A stretch of 64,000 nucleotides of DNA from an uncultured Clostridia bacterium (GTDB lineage Bacteria; Bacillota; Clostridia; Christensenellales; UBA1242). Below the pieces are notes generated by a model. That model searched no databases and had not been told where the DNA came from. It saw only the letters and a list, made by a program, of their open reading frames with translations. The stretch is from the NCBI GenBank assembly GCA_934754445.1, contig CAKVHZ010000002.1, positions 3,585 through 67,584 of the forward strand, in the 5' to 3' direction. The number at the start of each line of letters is the position of its first letter. Position 1 is the first letter of the stretch. A program made the position numbers and the translations under genes. Shown piece after piece: positions 28,089 to 37,800 of this stretch.

Positions 28089-28322
28089 CTATTCCATTAT
28101 TTTAACAAAATATCGAACATTGTTATCTGTTTGAGCACTTTTTACAATGCTTCTTAAAGAGTTAGCAATTTTACCATTTTTACCAATAACTTTGCCTAAA
28201 TCTTTTTCATTAACTGACACATTAAGAATAACAGTATTTTCGTTTTCTTTAACGCTTTCTACTTTAACATCATCTTTATTAACAACTAATGCTTTAACAA
28301 TGTAGGTTACAAGTTCTTCCAT
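28089..28322 (-). CDS. ylqC: KH-domain RNA-binding protein (YlqC-like)
   Basis: 77 aa, DLGKVIGKNGKIANSLRSIV (GxxG KH motif). Between rpsP and rimM. Confidence 0.85.
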   Translation of the reverse strand: MEELVTYIVKALVVNKDDVKVESVKENENTVILNVSVNEKDLGKVIGKNGKIANSLRSIVKSAQTDNNVRYFVKIME

Positions 28323-28340
28323 AATGCCTCCTATAAGTTG

Positions 28341-28589
28341 TTATTTTTCAATTGCACCACTTTTAACAAGAATAACTCTTGCTGTGTCAGTAGGTTGAGC
28401 ACCTTTTTTAATCCATTCTTTAGCAAGTTCGTTATCAATTTTAATTTCAACTGGTTCTTTTAAAGGATTATAAGTGCCAAGAATATCAATAAATCTGCCA
28501 TCACGAGGATAACGAGAGTCTGCAACAACTACTCTATAGAATGGTGATTTTTTATCTCCTAGTCTTGTTAATCTAATTTTTACTGCCAT
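28341..28589 (-). CDS. rpsP: 30S ribosomal protein S16
   Basis: [42 protein letters not shown]. Confidence 0.96.
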   Translation of the reverse strand: MAVKIRLTRLGDKKSPFYRVVVADSRYPRDGRFIDILGTYNPLKEPVEIKIDNELAKEWIKKGAQPTDTARVILVKSGAIEK

Positions 28590-28646
28590 AATGTTTTCTC
28601 CTTTTTTAGTGTGTATATATTAATTTTTTAAAAAAATTAATCAAAT

Positions 28647-29963
28647 TTAAAATGGAAATTTAAAACCTTTTTTGCCGTTCATTTGTTTCATCATTTCCTT
28701 AGTTTGTTCAAATTGTTTAAGTAGAGAATTAACTTCTTGAATTGTTGTTCCACTACCCTCGCAAATTCGCTTTCTTCTAGCCCCTTTAATTAATTCAGGA
28801 TTTCTTCTTTCTTCTATGGTCATGCTTTGAATAATTGCTTTATTTTTGGCAAGTTGTTTTTCGTCTATTTGGTCTATCATTTTCATTTTAGATGATAATC
28901 CTGGTATCATAGACAAAATATCTTTTAACGACCCCATTTTTTTAAGATTTTCAAATTGCATTAAGTAATCTTCAAAGTCAAATTTATTTTTACGGAATTT
29001 TTCTTCTAGTTTTTTTGCTTCTTCTTCGCTTACTGCTTCTTGTGCTTTTTCAATTAAACTTAAAACATCGCCCATACCTAAAATTCTAGATGCCATTCGG
29101 TCAGGATAAAAAGGTTCTAAGTCGCCAATTTTTTCTCCCACTGCACAAAATTTTATAGGTTTATTAACTATTGCTTTAATAGAAAGCGCTGCACCACCAC
29201 GAGTATCACCATCAAGCTTTGTTAATACTACACCAGTAATATCAAGTTTTTCATCAAACGCTTTAGCAACATTAACTGCTTCTTGACCAGTCATAGAATC
29301 TACAGTAAGTAGTATTTCACAAGGGTTAACTTCGTTTTTAACTTTTAATAATTCGTCCATTAACTCTTCGTTAATTTGTAATCTTCCTGCTGTATCTAAA
29401 ATAATTGTATCAAAGCCATGTTTTAAAGCATACTCTTTTGCTTCTTTTGCTGTTTTAACTGGGTTTTGTGTTCCCCTTTCAAAACATTCTACGCCTGCAC
29501 TAGCACTTACAACTTTAAGTTGATTTATTGCTGCTGGTCTATAAATATCCAGCCCTACTGTTAAAACTTTTTTACCTTGTTTTTTTAAGTTAAACGCAAG
29601 TTTACCAGTAGTTGTAGTTTTACCAGCACCTTGAAGCCCACACATCATAATAATTGTTGGTGGAGTTGAACTAGTGTTTAGTTTAGAATTTACACTACCC
29701 ATAAGGCTAGTTAATTCTTCATTAACAATTTTAATAACTTGTTGAGTTGGTGTTAAACTTTTAAGTATTTTTTCCCCTAACGCCTTTTCGCTAATTTTGT
29801 TAACTAAATCTTTAACAACTAAAAAGTTTACATCGGCCTCTAAAAGTGCAATTCTAATTTCTCTCATTGCATCTTTAATATCATACTCACTTAGTTTTCC
29901 ACGAGAAGATAATTTAGAGAATATTCTACCAATTCTTTCGCTTAATGATGAAAATAATGCCAA
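28647..29963 (-). CDS. ffh: Signal recognition particle protein Ffh
   Basis: MCGLQGAGKTTTTGKLA, DTAGRL, TKLDGDTRGGAALS, and an M-domain. TTG 29963 (MALFSSLSERIG...) follows a GGGGGG SD; the track GTG 29978 lacks an SD. Confidence 0.95.
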   Translation of the reverse strand: MALFSSLSERIGRIFSKLSSRGKLSEYDIKDAMREIRIALLEADVNFLVVKDLVNKISEKALGEKILKSLTPTQQVIKIVNEELTSLMGSVNSKLNTSSTPPTIIMMCGLQGAGKTTTTGKLAFNLKKQGKKVLTVGLDIYRPAAINQLKVVSASAGVECFERGTQNPVKTAKEAKEYALKHGFDTIILDTAGRLQINEELMDELLKVKNEVNPCEILLTVDSMTGQEAVNVAKAFDEKLDITGVVLTKLDGDTRGGAALSIKAIVNKPIKFCAVGEKIGDLEPFYPDRMASRILGMGDVLSLIEKAQEAVSEEEAKKLEEKFRKNKFDFEDYLMQFENLKKMGSLKDILSMIPGLSSKMKMIDQIDEKQLAKNKAIIQSMTIEERRNPELIKGARRKRICEGSGTTIQEVNSLLKQFEQTKEMMKQMNGKKGFKFPF

Positions 29964-29965
29964 AT

Positions 29966-30283
29966 TTAATCCCCCCACAAATTAATAATATTATTTATTT
30001 TAGAATAATCTTTCGTTTGATTTATTTCTTCTATTAACTTAACTTGACTAGAATAAATTTCATATAATTTAAGTTTTTTTTCATAGTCTTGTAACTTTTT
30101 TTCGGTTTGTTTAATGCTATCTAACACCGTTTGTTTAGTAACAAACATATTACTTGCAATTTCGGTTAAACCAATATCATTAAAATAATAACTAGTGAAA
30201 ATATCACATTGTTTTTGAGTTAATAGATTTTTATAAAAATCAAATAATCTACTTATAAAAATATTTTTTTCTAAACTATTCAT
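29966..30283 (-). CDS. ylxM: YlxM (UPF0122) putative HTH protein
   Basis: From ATG 30283: MNSLEKNIFISRLFDFYKNLLTQKQCDIFTSYYFNDIGLTEIA, parallel to the Bacillus YlxM N-terminus. The track TTG 30319 lies inside the predicted -10 box. Confidence 0.8.
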   Translation of the reverse strand: MNSLEKNIFISRLFDFYKNLLTQKQCDIFTSYYFNDIGLTEIASNMFVTKQTVLDSIKQTEKKLQDYEKKLKLYEIYSSQVKLIEEINQTKDYSKINNIINLWGD

Positions 30284-30318
30284 AAAATTCTCGTAAGGCA
30301 AATTAACCTTACGAGACA

Positions 30319-30347
30319 ATTATATTATAAAAAAGTATATTTGTCAA
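30319..30347 (-). promoter_or_regulatory. Candidate sigma-A promoter of ylxM-ffh
   Basis: TTGACA (30347-30342), 17 nt, TATAAT (30324-30319). Confidence 0.5.
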
Positions 30348-30355
30348 CGATTTTT

Positions 30356-31606
30356 TTAAACTATTTTGCATTTTTTTAAATAAAATTTACTTAAGTTATC
30401 ATCTTCATTAATCTTTAAAACATTTAAGAATAATTTTCGTGCTTCTTTATAATCTTTTTCTTCAAATTTTCTTACTGCCGATTCAAAAATTAGTTTTGTT
30501 TTTATATATGCGGTTTTATTGCTTCCCGCGTAGCCATCTAAATTCTCAAACAAACTAACTCCAATATCATCAATATTCACTGTTCCAACATATCTATAAT
30601 TTAATTCAAAATCTCGTGGAATATTGTTTAAAACTTCTTTTGTGAATAATATATTTGATAAAAAAATTCGGTTTAAATGCTCTATTTTGCTAGCAAGATT
30701 TACACTATCGGATATTATAGTTGGAGTTAATCTTTCTTTTTCTCCAACAATTCCAATAACAACCTTTCCTGAATGAATGCCTATTCCATACTTTATTTTT
30801 TCGTTACCAATGCTTACTAAGTTTATATTTTCAAATTTTTGAGCAATTTCAGTTGAACATTTTAATGCATCGGTCTCATTTAAAAACACCGCCAACACTC
30901 CGTCGCCTAAAAATTTGTCTATAAAACCTTTATTGTTTCTAACGCACTCGCCTACCACACTTAAATAATTATTAATAAATTTAAAGTTTTCTTCTAAACT
31001 TAAAGTTTCGCTCGCTCTAAAACTATGTTTAATATCTATAAATAAAACTGTAACTTCTTTTTGAACACTCTCGCCCAATTTCAACTCAAAAACTTCATTT
31101 TTGCCTAAATATTCAAAAAATTCTTTAGGGACAAATTTGTAATACTCGTTTTTTAATTTAGATTTATATTCTTCGCTTTGGTCGTTTTTATCTTCAATTG
31201 CTTGTAAATTTTCTTGTATTTTTTCAAATTCTTTGCTACCTAAAATAACATTTTTGTTGTCTTTACCCCTGCTTAGTAATCTGGTGTTTTTTTCTATCTT
31301 TTTTATTGGATAGAGATTAATATATAAAGTTAAAAAAACTAAAAAAATATAAATAATAAAACTAATTGATAACAAAAAATATTGATTCCTTGCTTCCATT
31401 ACATTAACATCATAATAATCTATAATCAAAAATTCAACCACCATTAAAGCAAATGTTAATAAACTAATATAAATAGATATTTTAAAACTAAGGTTAAATT
31501 TAGATAAAACCTTTTGATTAAATAAATAAAATAGTGATATAAAAATAAACATTATAAAAACGCTTATTAAAATTCCATATAAAAATAAAATTAAATCGGT
31601 ATTCAC
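30356..31606 (-). CDS. Membrane-anchored class III adenylate/guanylate cyclase with a C-terminal TPR-like segment
   Basis: About 3-4 N-terminal TM segments. Cyclase homology domain: VTVLFIDIKHSF, DKFLGDGVLAVF, GIHSGKVVIGIVG, DSVNLASKIE. C-terminal KDYKEARKLFLNVLKINEDD. GTG start with no SD. Confidence 0.8.
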   Translation of the reverse strand: MNTDLILFLYGILISVFIMFIFISLFYLFNQKVLSKFNLSFKISIYISLLTFALMVVEFLIIDYYDVNVMEARNQYFLLSISFIIYIFLVFLTLYINLYPIKKIEKNTRLLSRGKDNKNVILGSKEFEKIQENLQAIEDKNDQSEEYKSKLKNEYYKFVPKEFFEYLGKNEVFELKLGESVQKEVTVLFIDIKHSFRASETLSLEENFKFINNYLSVVGECVRNNKGFIDKFLGDGVLAVFLNETDALKCSTEIAQKFENINLVSIGNEKIKYGIGIHSGKVVIGIVGEKERLTPTIISDSVNLASKIEHLNRIFLSNILFTKEVLNNIPRDFELNYRYVGTVNIDDIGVSLFENLDGYAGSNKTAYIKTKLIFESAVRKFEEKDYKEARKLFLNVLKINEDDNLSKFYLKKCKIV

Positions 31607-31674
31607 AATTATATTTTAAGTAATAAAAACAAAAATATTTGCATAATAAAAATTTTTTAGATAAAAATATTTGC

Positions 31675-32109
31675 ATGGAAAACAAAGAAATAAACATAAT
31701 CAATATAACAAATCAGTCTATAAAAACAATATTAATGACCATTGATAATTTTATTAATGATATTAAAAACGAAAAATTAAAGAACTTACTTGCTGAAAAT
31801 ATAAATAAGTTTGACACCTTAGTTGATGAGTGCAAAATTTTAGCAAAAAGTTATAATGAAGAACTTGAAGACCTTAATTTTTTTGAAAAATATCAAAATT
31901 TAATTTCGCTTAAAATTTCAAGTTTGACTAAAAAAAACACTTACGAAATTGCTGAAATTATATATTTATCTATTACCGAAACCATGCCTAAACTTTACTC
32001 ACTTTTAAATAACACAAACCTAGATGAAACCGAACTTGCTAAAAAACTAATAACTCAAAATGAAAATTTAATAGATAACTTAAAACAATTTTTTATTGTA
32101 GAAGACTAG
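31675..32109 (+). CDS. Hypothetical helical protein
   Basis: Long ORF for this AT content (frame open from 31639). First ATG is 31675 ([10 protein letters not shown]...). No SD. No family recognised. Confidence 0.5.
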   Translation: MENKEINIINITNQSIKTILMTIDNFINDIKNEKLKNLLAENINKFDTLVDECKILAKSYNEELEDLNFFEKYQNLISLKISSLTKKNTYEIAEIIYLSITETMPKLYSLLNNTNLDETELAKKLITQNENLIDNLKQFFIVED

Positions 32110-33179
32110 AAAGTTTCTTCTATTACTCCCCCGCCTAAGCAATAATCACCATTGTAGAAAACTACAAATTGACCTGGAGTAACCGCTCGTTGTTTTTCTT
32201 TAAAATATACTTTTACCTTATCTTCTAAAATTTCTACTTTTACTGCTTGGTCGGGTTGACGATACCTAAATTTTGCATTACATTCAAAAACATTTTCACT
32301 AGGTTTTTCTGGTATCCAGTTAATTTTATAACTAACAAGACCATTACTAAAAAGTTCGTCTTCTTCGCCTTGAGAAACAATAAGTCTATTATTTTCTAAA
32401 TCTTTTTTCACAACAAAATATGGCTTACCATTTCCGTCATTTCTACCACCAATATTTAAACCTTTTCGTTGACCTAAAGTATAGTAAGCAAGTCCTATAT
32501 GTTTACCTAAATATCTACCATCAGTTGAATAAATCTCGCCTTCTTTTGTTGGTAAATAATTTTTCAAAAATTCTCTAAAATTTCTTTCGCCAATAAAACA
32601 AATACCTGTGCTATCTTTCTTTTTTGCGGTAATTAAGCCTAGTTTTGTTGCAATTTCTCTTACCTTTGGTTTTTCAATATCACTTAAAGGGAAAAGCACT
32701 TGTGATAACTGATTTTGACTTAATTGATTTAAAAAATAAGTTTGGTCTTTGTTTAAATCTTTAGATTTTAATAAATAAGTTTTTCCGTCTTTATGCTCAG
32801 TTTTTGCATAATGGCCAGTTGCAATATAATCTGCACCAATTTTTTTAGCAAATTCTAAAAAAGGTCCGAATTTTATCTCTCTATTACATAAAACATCAGG
32901 GTTAGGAGTTCTACCCTTTTTATATTCTTCTAAAAATTCTTCAAATACATTGTTATAATACTCTTTTGAATAATTTACAGTGTAATAAGGTATGCCAATT
33001 TTATTACAAACTTGCTTTACATCAAAGTAGTCTTCTTCGGCAGTGCAAACTCCATCATCACCCGTTTCTTCCCAGTTTTTCATAAAAACGCCTATTACAT
33101 TATAGCCTTGTTCTTTTAACAAATATGCTGCAACCGAACTATCTACACCGCCACTCATTCCACAAACTACAGTTTTCAT
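32106..33179 (-). CDS. mnmA: tRNA 2-thiouridine(34) synthase MnmA
   Basis: [15 protein letters not shown] (PP-loop), DSTGICFIG, 357 aa. Confidence 0.95.
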   Translation of the reverse strand: MKTVVCGMSGGVDSSVAAYLLKEQGYNVIGVFMKNWEETGDDGVCTAEEDYFDVKQVCNKIGIPYYTVNYSKEYYNNVFEEFLEEYKKGRTPNPDVLCNREIKFGPFLEFAKKIGADYIATGHYAKTEHKDGKTYLLKSKDLNKDQTYFLNQLSQNQLSQVLFPLSDIEKPKVREIATKLGLITAKKKDSTGICFIGERNFREFLKNYLPTKEGEIYSTDGRYLGKHIGLAYYTLGQRKGLNIGGRNDGNGKPYFVVKKDLENNRLIVSQGEEDELFSNGLVSYKINWIPEKPSENVFECNAKFRYRQPDQAVKVEILEDKVKVYFKEKQRAVTPGQFVVFYNGDYCLGGGVIEETF

Positions 33180-34426
33180 TTAACAATAACTCCATCTTTA
33201 AATATATCTTCAATTATTACAGATATTATATCGTTTTCTTTATATTTTTCATTAAATTCTAGGTAGCATTTAACAAAATATTCGCTATGACCTACAAAAT
33301 ATTTTTTATCATCTATGCTTACCACTTCTTCTATTAATAAATTTTGTTTAACATTATTGTCTTTTAATAAATTTAAGTATTTTTCATGCAAAGATTTTGC
33401 TAAATTTTCAACAATTTTTACTCTTTCTTTTTTAATAGAATTTAGTATTTGTGGCATTTTTGAAGCGACTGTGCCTTCTCGTTTTGAATAAGGGAAACAG
33501 TGAACCATAAAAAATTCGGCTTTTTTAACAGTTTCTAAACTTTCTAAAAAATACTCCTCAGTTTCGGTTGGAAAACCTACAATTAAATCTGTAGTAATTG
33601 AAGCATAAGGGAAATATTTTTTTATTAGTCTAACTTTTTCTAAATATTCTTCTTTAGTGTAGTGTCTATTCATCTTTTTTAAAACTTCATTACTGCCACT
33701 TTGCATACTTAAATGAAATTGTGGGCAAAAGTTATTTATATTTTTAAGTCTTTGCATAAAATCATCAGTGATAACATTAACTTCCAAACTTCCTAATCTT
33801 ATTCTTGAAGGCAACACTTTTAAACTTTCAATTAATTCAATTAAACTTGGTTTAAAATCACTTAAATTTATACCTGTTAAAACAATTTCAGCACAAGTTT
33901 TGCTTAAATTTTGTGCTTCTTGTTTAACACTTTCTATATTTCTACTACGACTTCTTCCCCTAACATAAGGAATAATGCAATAAGAACAAAAATTGTTACA
34001 ACCATCTTGAACTTTTAAATATGCTCTTACTCTTTGACTAGCACTTTGCATATTATCCACATAACAAAGTGGAAGTTCGCTTAAATTTTTATAATTTTCT
34101 TCGTTAATTAAATTGATAATTTCGGCTTTATTTGAATTACCAATAATTACACTTACATTTTTTTCTTTAAACTGCTCAGGATTTTTTTGACTAGCACAAC
34201 CACATACTAAAATTTTAGCATTTTCGTTATAACTTTTACATCTTGCTATTAATTGTCTACTTTTTCTTTCACCTTCGTTAGTAACACAACAAGTATTTAA
34301 AATGTAAATATCAGCATATTCTAATTTGTTAGTAGTTTCGTATCCAAGTTTGTTTAATTCATTAATTAAACTATCACTTTCATAAAAATTGACTTTACAG
34401 CCTAAGGTAAAAACACAAATTTTCAT
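33176..34426 (-). CDS. mtaB: Radical-SAM methylthiotransferase, MtaB-like (MiaB family)
   Basis: [13 protein letters not shown], radical-SAM CNNFCSYC, and a TRAM-like C-terminus. Follows rsmE as in Bacillus (yqeU-yqeV). ATGA start/stop overlap at 34426-34423 with a GGGAGA SD. Confidence 0.8.
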   Translation of the reverse strand: MKICVFTLGCKVNFYESDSLINELNKLGYETTNKLEYADIYILNTCCVTNEGERKSRQLIARCKSYNENAKILVCGCASQKNPEQFKEKNVSVIIGNSNKAEIINLINEENYKNLSELPLCYVDNMQSASQRVRAYLKVQDGCNNFCSYCIIPYVRGRSRSRNIESVKQEAQNLSKTCAEIVLTGINLSDFKPSLIELIESLKVLPSRIRLGSLEVNVITDDFMQRLKNINNFCPQFHLSMQSGSNEVLKKMNRHYTKEEYLEKVRLIKKYFPYASITTDLIVGFPTETEEYFLESLETVKKAEFFMVHCFPYSKREGTVASKMPQILNSIKKERVKIVENLAKSLHEKYLNLLKDNNVKQNLLIEEVVSIDDKKYFVGHSEYFVKCYLEFNEKYKENDIISVIIEDIFKDGVIVK

Positions 34427-35175
34427 TTTTTCTCCCATTCATTTAGTAAAAACATAACAACACTAGTTAAACTAATGCAAGCAGTTTCGGCACGCAAAAT
34501 TCTGTTACCCAAAGTAATTTGTTTAACATTAGTTTGCTCTAATATTTTTTTGTTTTCTTTTTCGCTAAATCCGCCTTCACTACCAATAATTATTGCTATA
34601 TTTGTTAAAGTATTTCCATTTTTATCTTTAAAATCTAATTCCGTTAACTTATTAACTGAATTTTCATAAGCAAAAATCACTTTCTCGAACTTATTTAAAC
34701 TTTTTATCATTTCATTAAAAGTTAAAATATTACTTATCTCAACTTTTTTACTTCTTCCACATTGTTTAAGTGCTTCAATGCTAATTTTTTCTAGCCTATC
34801 TAGTCTTGTCGTTCCTTTTTTTACTTGACAAAATTCGCTTTCAAACGGGACAAAATTTTTAACACCAAGTTCGGTTAATTTTTGAATAATTAATTCAAAT
34901 TTATCGCCTTTAACTAAAGCTTGATAAACTGTTACATTGCTTTTTGTTTCACTATCGTTATCTTTTAAATCAACAATTTTTAAGGTTAAATCTTTTTTAT
35001 TTATATTTGTAATTTCGCAGGTATAATCAGTCCCCGAGCCATCAATTACGCATAGAAAATCTCCAATTTTATTCCTTAAAACATTAACAATATGGTTAAA
35101 TTCTTCGCCGGTAACTGTAATTATTTGTCCAAATTCAAAACTATTTTCCGTTTTTAAATAAAATTTACGAGCCAT
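34423..35175 (-). CDS. rsmE: 16S rRNA (uracil1498-N3)-methyltransferase RsmE
   Basis: From ATG 35175: MARKFYLK...FNHIVNVLR...IIGSEGGFSEKE...LGNRILRAETA. Confidence 0.88.
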   Translation of the reverse strand: MARKFYLKTENSFEFGQIITVTGEEFNHIVNVLRNKIGDFLCVIDGSGTDYTCEITNINKKDLTLKIVDLKDNDSETKSNVTVYQALVKGDKFELIIQKLTELGVKNFVPFESEFCQVKKGTTRLDRLEKISIEALKQCGRSKKVEISNILTFNEMIKSLNKFEKVIFAYENSVNKLTELDFKDKNGNTLTNIAIIIGSEGGFSEKENKKILEQTNVKQITLGNRILRAETACISLTSVVMFLLNEWEKK

Positions 35176-35450
35176 TAACCCTTTTTCGCTCCACAATTAG
35201 GGCATCTGCCATTTTCGTCAACAATACTACCACAATAATCGCATTTCGATTGTTTTTTTCCATCAGGATTAATTGATAATTTTTGTTTTATGGTTTCGCC
35301 TATACTATTTCCAATCTCTCTATTTTTTTTAATGCCAAGAATAATAGATACAATGACAGAAATAAACACCGCAACAAAAATTACGCCCATAAACGCAAAC
35401 ATAATTTTTGAACTAACTTCAAAAGCATCTAATAAAATATTTGAATTCAT
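35175..35450 (-). CDS. Small membrane protein with a C-terminal zinc ribbon
   Basis: 91 aa. TM segment FMGVIFVAVFISVIVSIILGI, then CDYCGSIVDENGRCPNCG. Confidence 0.55.
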   Translation of the reverse strand: MNSNILLDAFEVSSKIMFAFMGVIFVAVFISVIVSIILGIKKNREIGNSIGETIKQKLSINPDGKKQSKCDYCGSIVDENGRCPNCGAKKG

Positions 35451-35569
35451 AAAATTTCTCCTAGTAATTTTTAATATTTATGTTTAAATAAAAGAATTTG
35501 TTAAACATAAAAATTATTTAATATATTATACATATTTTTTGCTATATTTTCAATTAATATTAAAGAAAA

Positions 35570-35597
35570 AATAAAAAAATGGCACTGCCATTTTTTT
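35570..35597 (-). terminator. pnp terminator
   Basis: AAATGGC-act-GCCATTT hairpin abutting the stop codon, followed by a U-run. Confidence 0.7.
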
Positions 35598-37680
35598 ATA
35601 GTTTAGAAACAAGTTTTAAATCTACTCTACCTTTTTCATCTACTTTAATAACTTCAACTAAAACTTTGTCTCCAATTTTTACAACATCTTCAACTTTGTC
35701 TACATGTTCTTTAGAAAGTTTAGAAATATGAACCATACCTTCTTTGCCTTTTAAACATTCTACAAAAGCACCAAATTGCATAATTCTTACAACTCTACCT
35801 TCATAAGTTTTGCCAAGTTCTAGTTCTGTTGCAATATCTAAAATCATTTCTTTTGCTCTTTCGTTCATAAAACTATCTTGAGAGGCTATCATAACTTTAC
35901 CTTCATCGGTAATATCAATTTTAACACCTGTTTCGTCAATAATTTTATTAATCATTTTACCACCAGAACCGATTACATCTTTAATTTTATCTGGGTTAAT
36001 ATCAAAACTAATAATTTTAGGAGCATATTTAGAAAGTTCAGGTTTAGGAGCTTTAATAACTTCTAGCATTTTACCTAAAATATGCATTCTACCTTCTTTT
36101 GCTTGATTTAATGCAGTTTTTAAAATATTTTCATCAATACCTTTAATTTTAATGTCCATTTGAATTGCAGTTATACCTTTTTCAGTTCCTGCAACTTTAA
36201 AGTCCATATCTCCTAAGAAGTCTTCTAAACCTTGAATATCAGATAATATTGCAACTTTATTTTTTGCTTCATCTTTAATTAAACCCATAGCAATACCCGC
36301 AACTGGGGCTTTAATAGGCACACCACCATCCATTAATGCTAAAGTTGAGCCACAAACACTTGCTTGACTAGTTGAACCATTGCTTGATAAAACTTCACTT
36401 ACTGTTCTAATTGCGTAAGGGAATTCTTCTTCACTAGGTAATACTGGTTCTAAGGCTCTTTCTGCCAATGCTCCATGACCAATTTCTCTTCTACCTGGGC
36501 TTTTTAATGGTTTTGCTTCTCCTGTAGAATAACCTGGCATATTATAATGATGCATATATCTCTTAACATCTTCATCATCTAAGCCTTCTAGTTTTTGCAT
36601 ATCTGAAATTGAACCTAATGTTAAAGTTGTCATAACTTGAGTTAATCCACGAGTAAATACACCACTTCCGTGAACTCTTGGAAGAACGCCAGTTTCACAC
36701 CAAATAGGACGAATTTGCTTTAATTCTCTTCCATCTGGACGAACACCTTTATCTATAATTTTGGCTCTCATTACTTCTTTTTTAATATAATATAAACTAT
36801 TTAAAATATCTTTTTCTTGGTCAGGATATTCATCTTTAAAATGTTCTAAAACATCTAAATTCATTGCTTCTTCTGCTTCATCTCTTTCAGTTCTATCAAA
36901 GTGTTCCATAACTTTTTCTACTTTAGAGTAAGCATATTCTCTAACTTTTTTATCTAATTCTTCAGGAACATGGTAATAATCTATAACTACTTTTTCTTTA
37001 CCAATTTCCTTTTGAATACTCTCAATAAAAGCAACGATTTTTTTAATTTCTTCGTGAGCGACCATGATGCCTTTTAGCATTTCTTCTTCGCTAACTTCTT
37101 TTGCACCTGCTTCAACCATTAAAACTGCATCTTTTGTGCCTGATACAGTTAAATGTAATACACTTTTTTCTCTTTGCTCAAGATTTGGATTTATTATATA
37201 TTCGCCATCTACTAAACCTACTAAAACACTTCCCGTTGGACCAGCAAAAGGAATATCACTAATAGATAAAGCAACAGAAGAACCAATCATGGCTAAAATT
37301 TCTGGGCTATTATCTGGGTCTACACTCAAACAAGTTGCAACAACTTCTACATCGTTATAAAATCCTTTAGGAAATAGTGGACGAATAGGTCTATCTATTA
37401 ATCTAGAAGTTAAAATTGCTTTATCGCTTGCCCTACCTTCTCTTTTTTTAAATCCACCAGGAATTTTACCTACTGAATACATTTTTTCTTCAAAATCAAC
37501 CCCAAGTGGGAAAAAGTCCATTCCTTCCCTTGGAGATTTACTCATGTTAACATTAACCATAACCATAGTTTCGCCACATTTAACTATGCAAGTTCCGTTA
37601 GTTTGAAAACAATATTTGCCAGTTTCAACAATAACTTCTTTACCACCGATTACAGTTTTAAACTCTCTATTTAAACTCAT
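35596..37680 (-). CDS. pnp: Polyribonucleotide nucleotidyltransferase (PNPase)
   Basis: From ATG 37680 (AAAGGAGAAAAA SD): MSLNREFKTVIGGKEVIVETGKY... Two RNase PH domains, KH (IGSGGKMINKI), and S1 (GRVVRIMQFGAFVE). Confidence 0.96.
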   Translation of the reverse strand: MSLNREFKTVIGGKEVIVETGKYCFQTNGTCIVKCGETMVMVNVNMSKSPREGMDFFPLGVDFEEKMYSVGKIPGGFKKREGRASDKAILTSRLIDRPIRPLFPKGFYNDVEVVATCLSVDPDNSPEILAMIGSSVALSISDIPFAGPTGSVLVGLVDGEYIINPNLEQREKSVLHLTVSGTKDAVLMVEAGAKEVSEEEMLKGIMVAHEEIKKIVAFIESIQKEIGKEKVVIDYYHVPEELDKKVREYAYSKVEKVMEHFDRTERDEAEEAMNLDVLEHFKDEYPDQEKDILNSLYYIKKEVMRAKIIDKGVRPDGRELKQIRPIWCETGVLPRVHGSGVFTRGLTQVMTTLTLGSISDMQKLEGLDDEDVKRYMHHYNMPGYSTGEAKPLKSPGRREIGHGALAERALEPVLPSEEEFPYAIRTVSEVLSSNGSTSQASVCGSTLALMDGGVPIKAPVAGIAMGLIKDEAKNKVAILSDIQGLEDFLGDMDFKVAGTEKGITAIQMDIKIKGIDENILKTALNQAKEGRMHILGKMLEVIKAPKPELSKYAPKIISFDINPDKIKDVIGSGGKMINKIIDETGVKIDITDEGKVMIASQDSFMNERAKEMILDIATELELGKTYEGRVVRIMQFGAFVECLKGKEGMVHISKLSKEHVDKVEDVVKIGDKVLVEVIKVDEKGRVDLKLVSKL

Positions 37681-37761
37681 TTTTTCTCCTTTATAAACAA
37701 TTAAGTATATAATATTTAAAAAAATATAGCAAACAATTTTATAAACTTTATTTTTTTGCAT

Positions 37762-37797
37762 AAAAAAACTCTTTCGTTTAAAAGAGTTTTTTATTTT
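37762..37797 (-). terminator. Terminator of the lipoprotein gene
   Basis: AAACTCTTT-N6-AAAGAGTTT hairpin with a U-run on the minus strand. Confidence 0.7.
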
Positions 37798-37800
37798 CAA

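Noticed and set aside
29964-29978. GTG 29978 as the ffh start, and TTG 30319 as the ylxM start (ORF-track coordinates).
   Set aside because: GTG 29978 has no SD and adds MGGLN before the conserved MALFSSLSERIG. TTG 30319 lies within the predicted -10 hexamer and upstream of the conserved YlxM N-terminus.
31518-31703. 61-aa minus-strand ORF overlapping the cyclase N-terminus and intergenic region.
   Set aside because: It is in an alternative frame over the cyclase start and reads across the divergent promoter region. The product is low-complexity and there is no SD.
37681-37800. 40-codon N-terminal extension of pnp in the ORF track (MKIKNSFKRK...).
   Set aside because: The extension reads through the upstream gene's terminator hairpin. 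The conserved PNPase N-terminus starts at ATG 37680, which has a strong AAAGGAGAAAAA SD.
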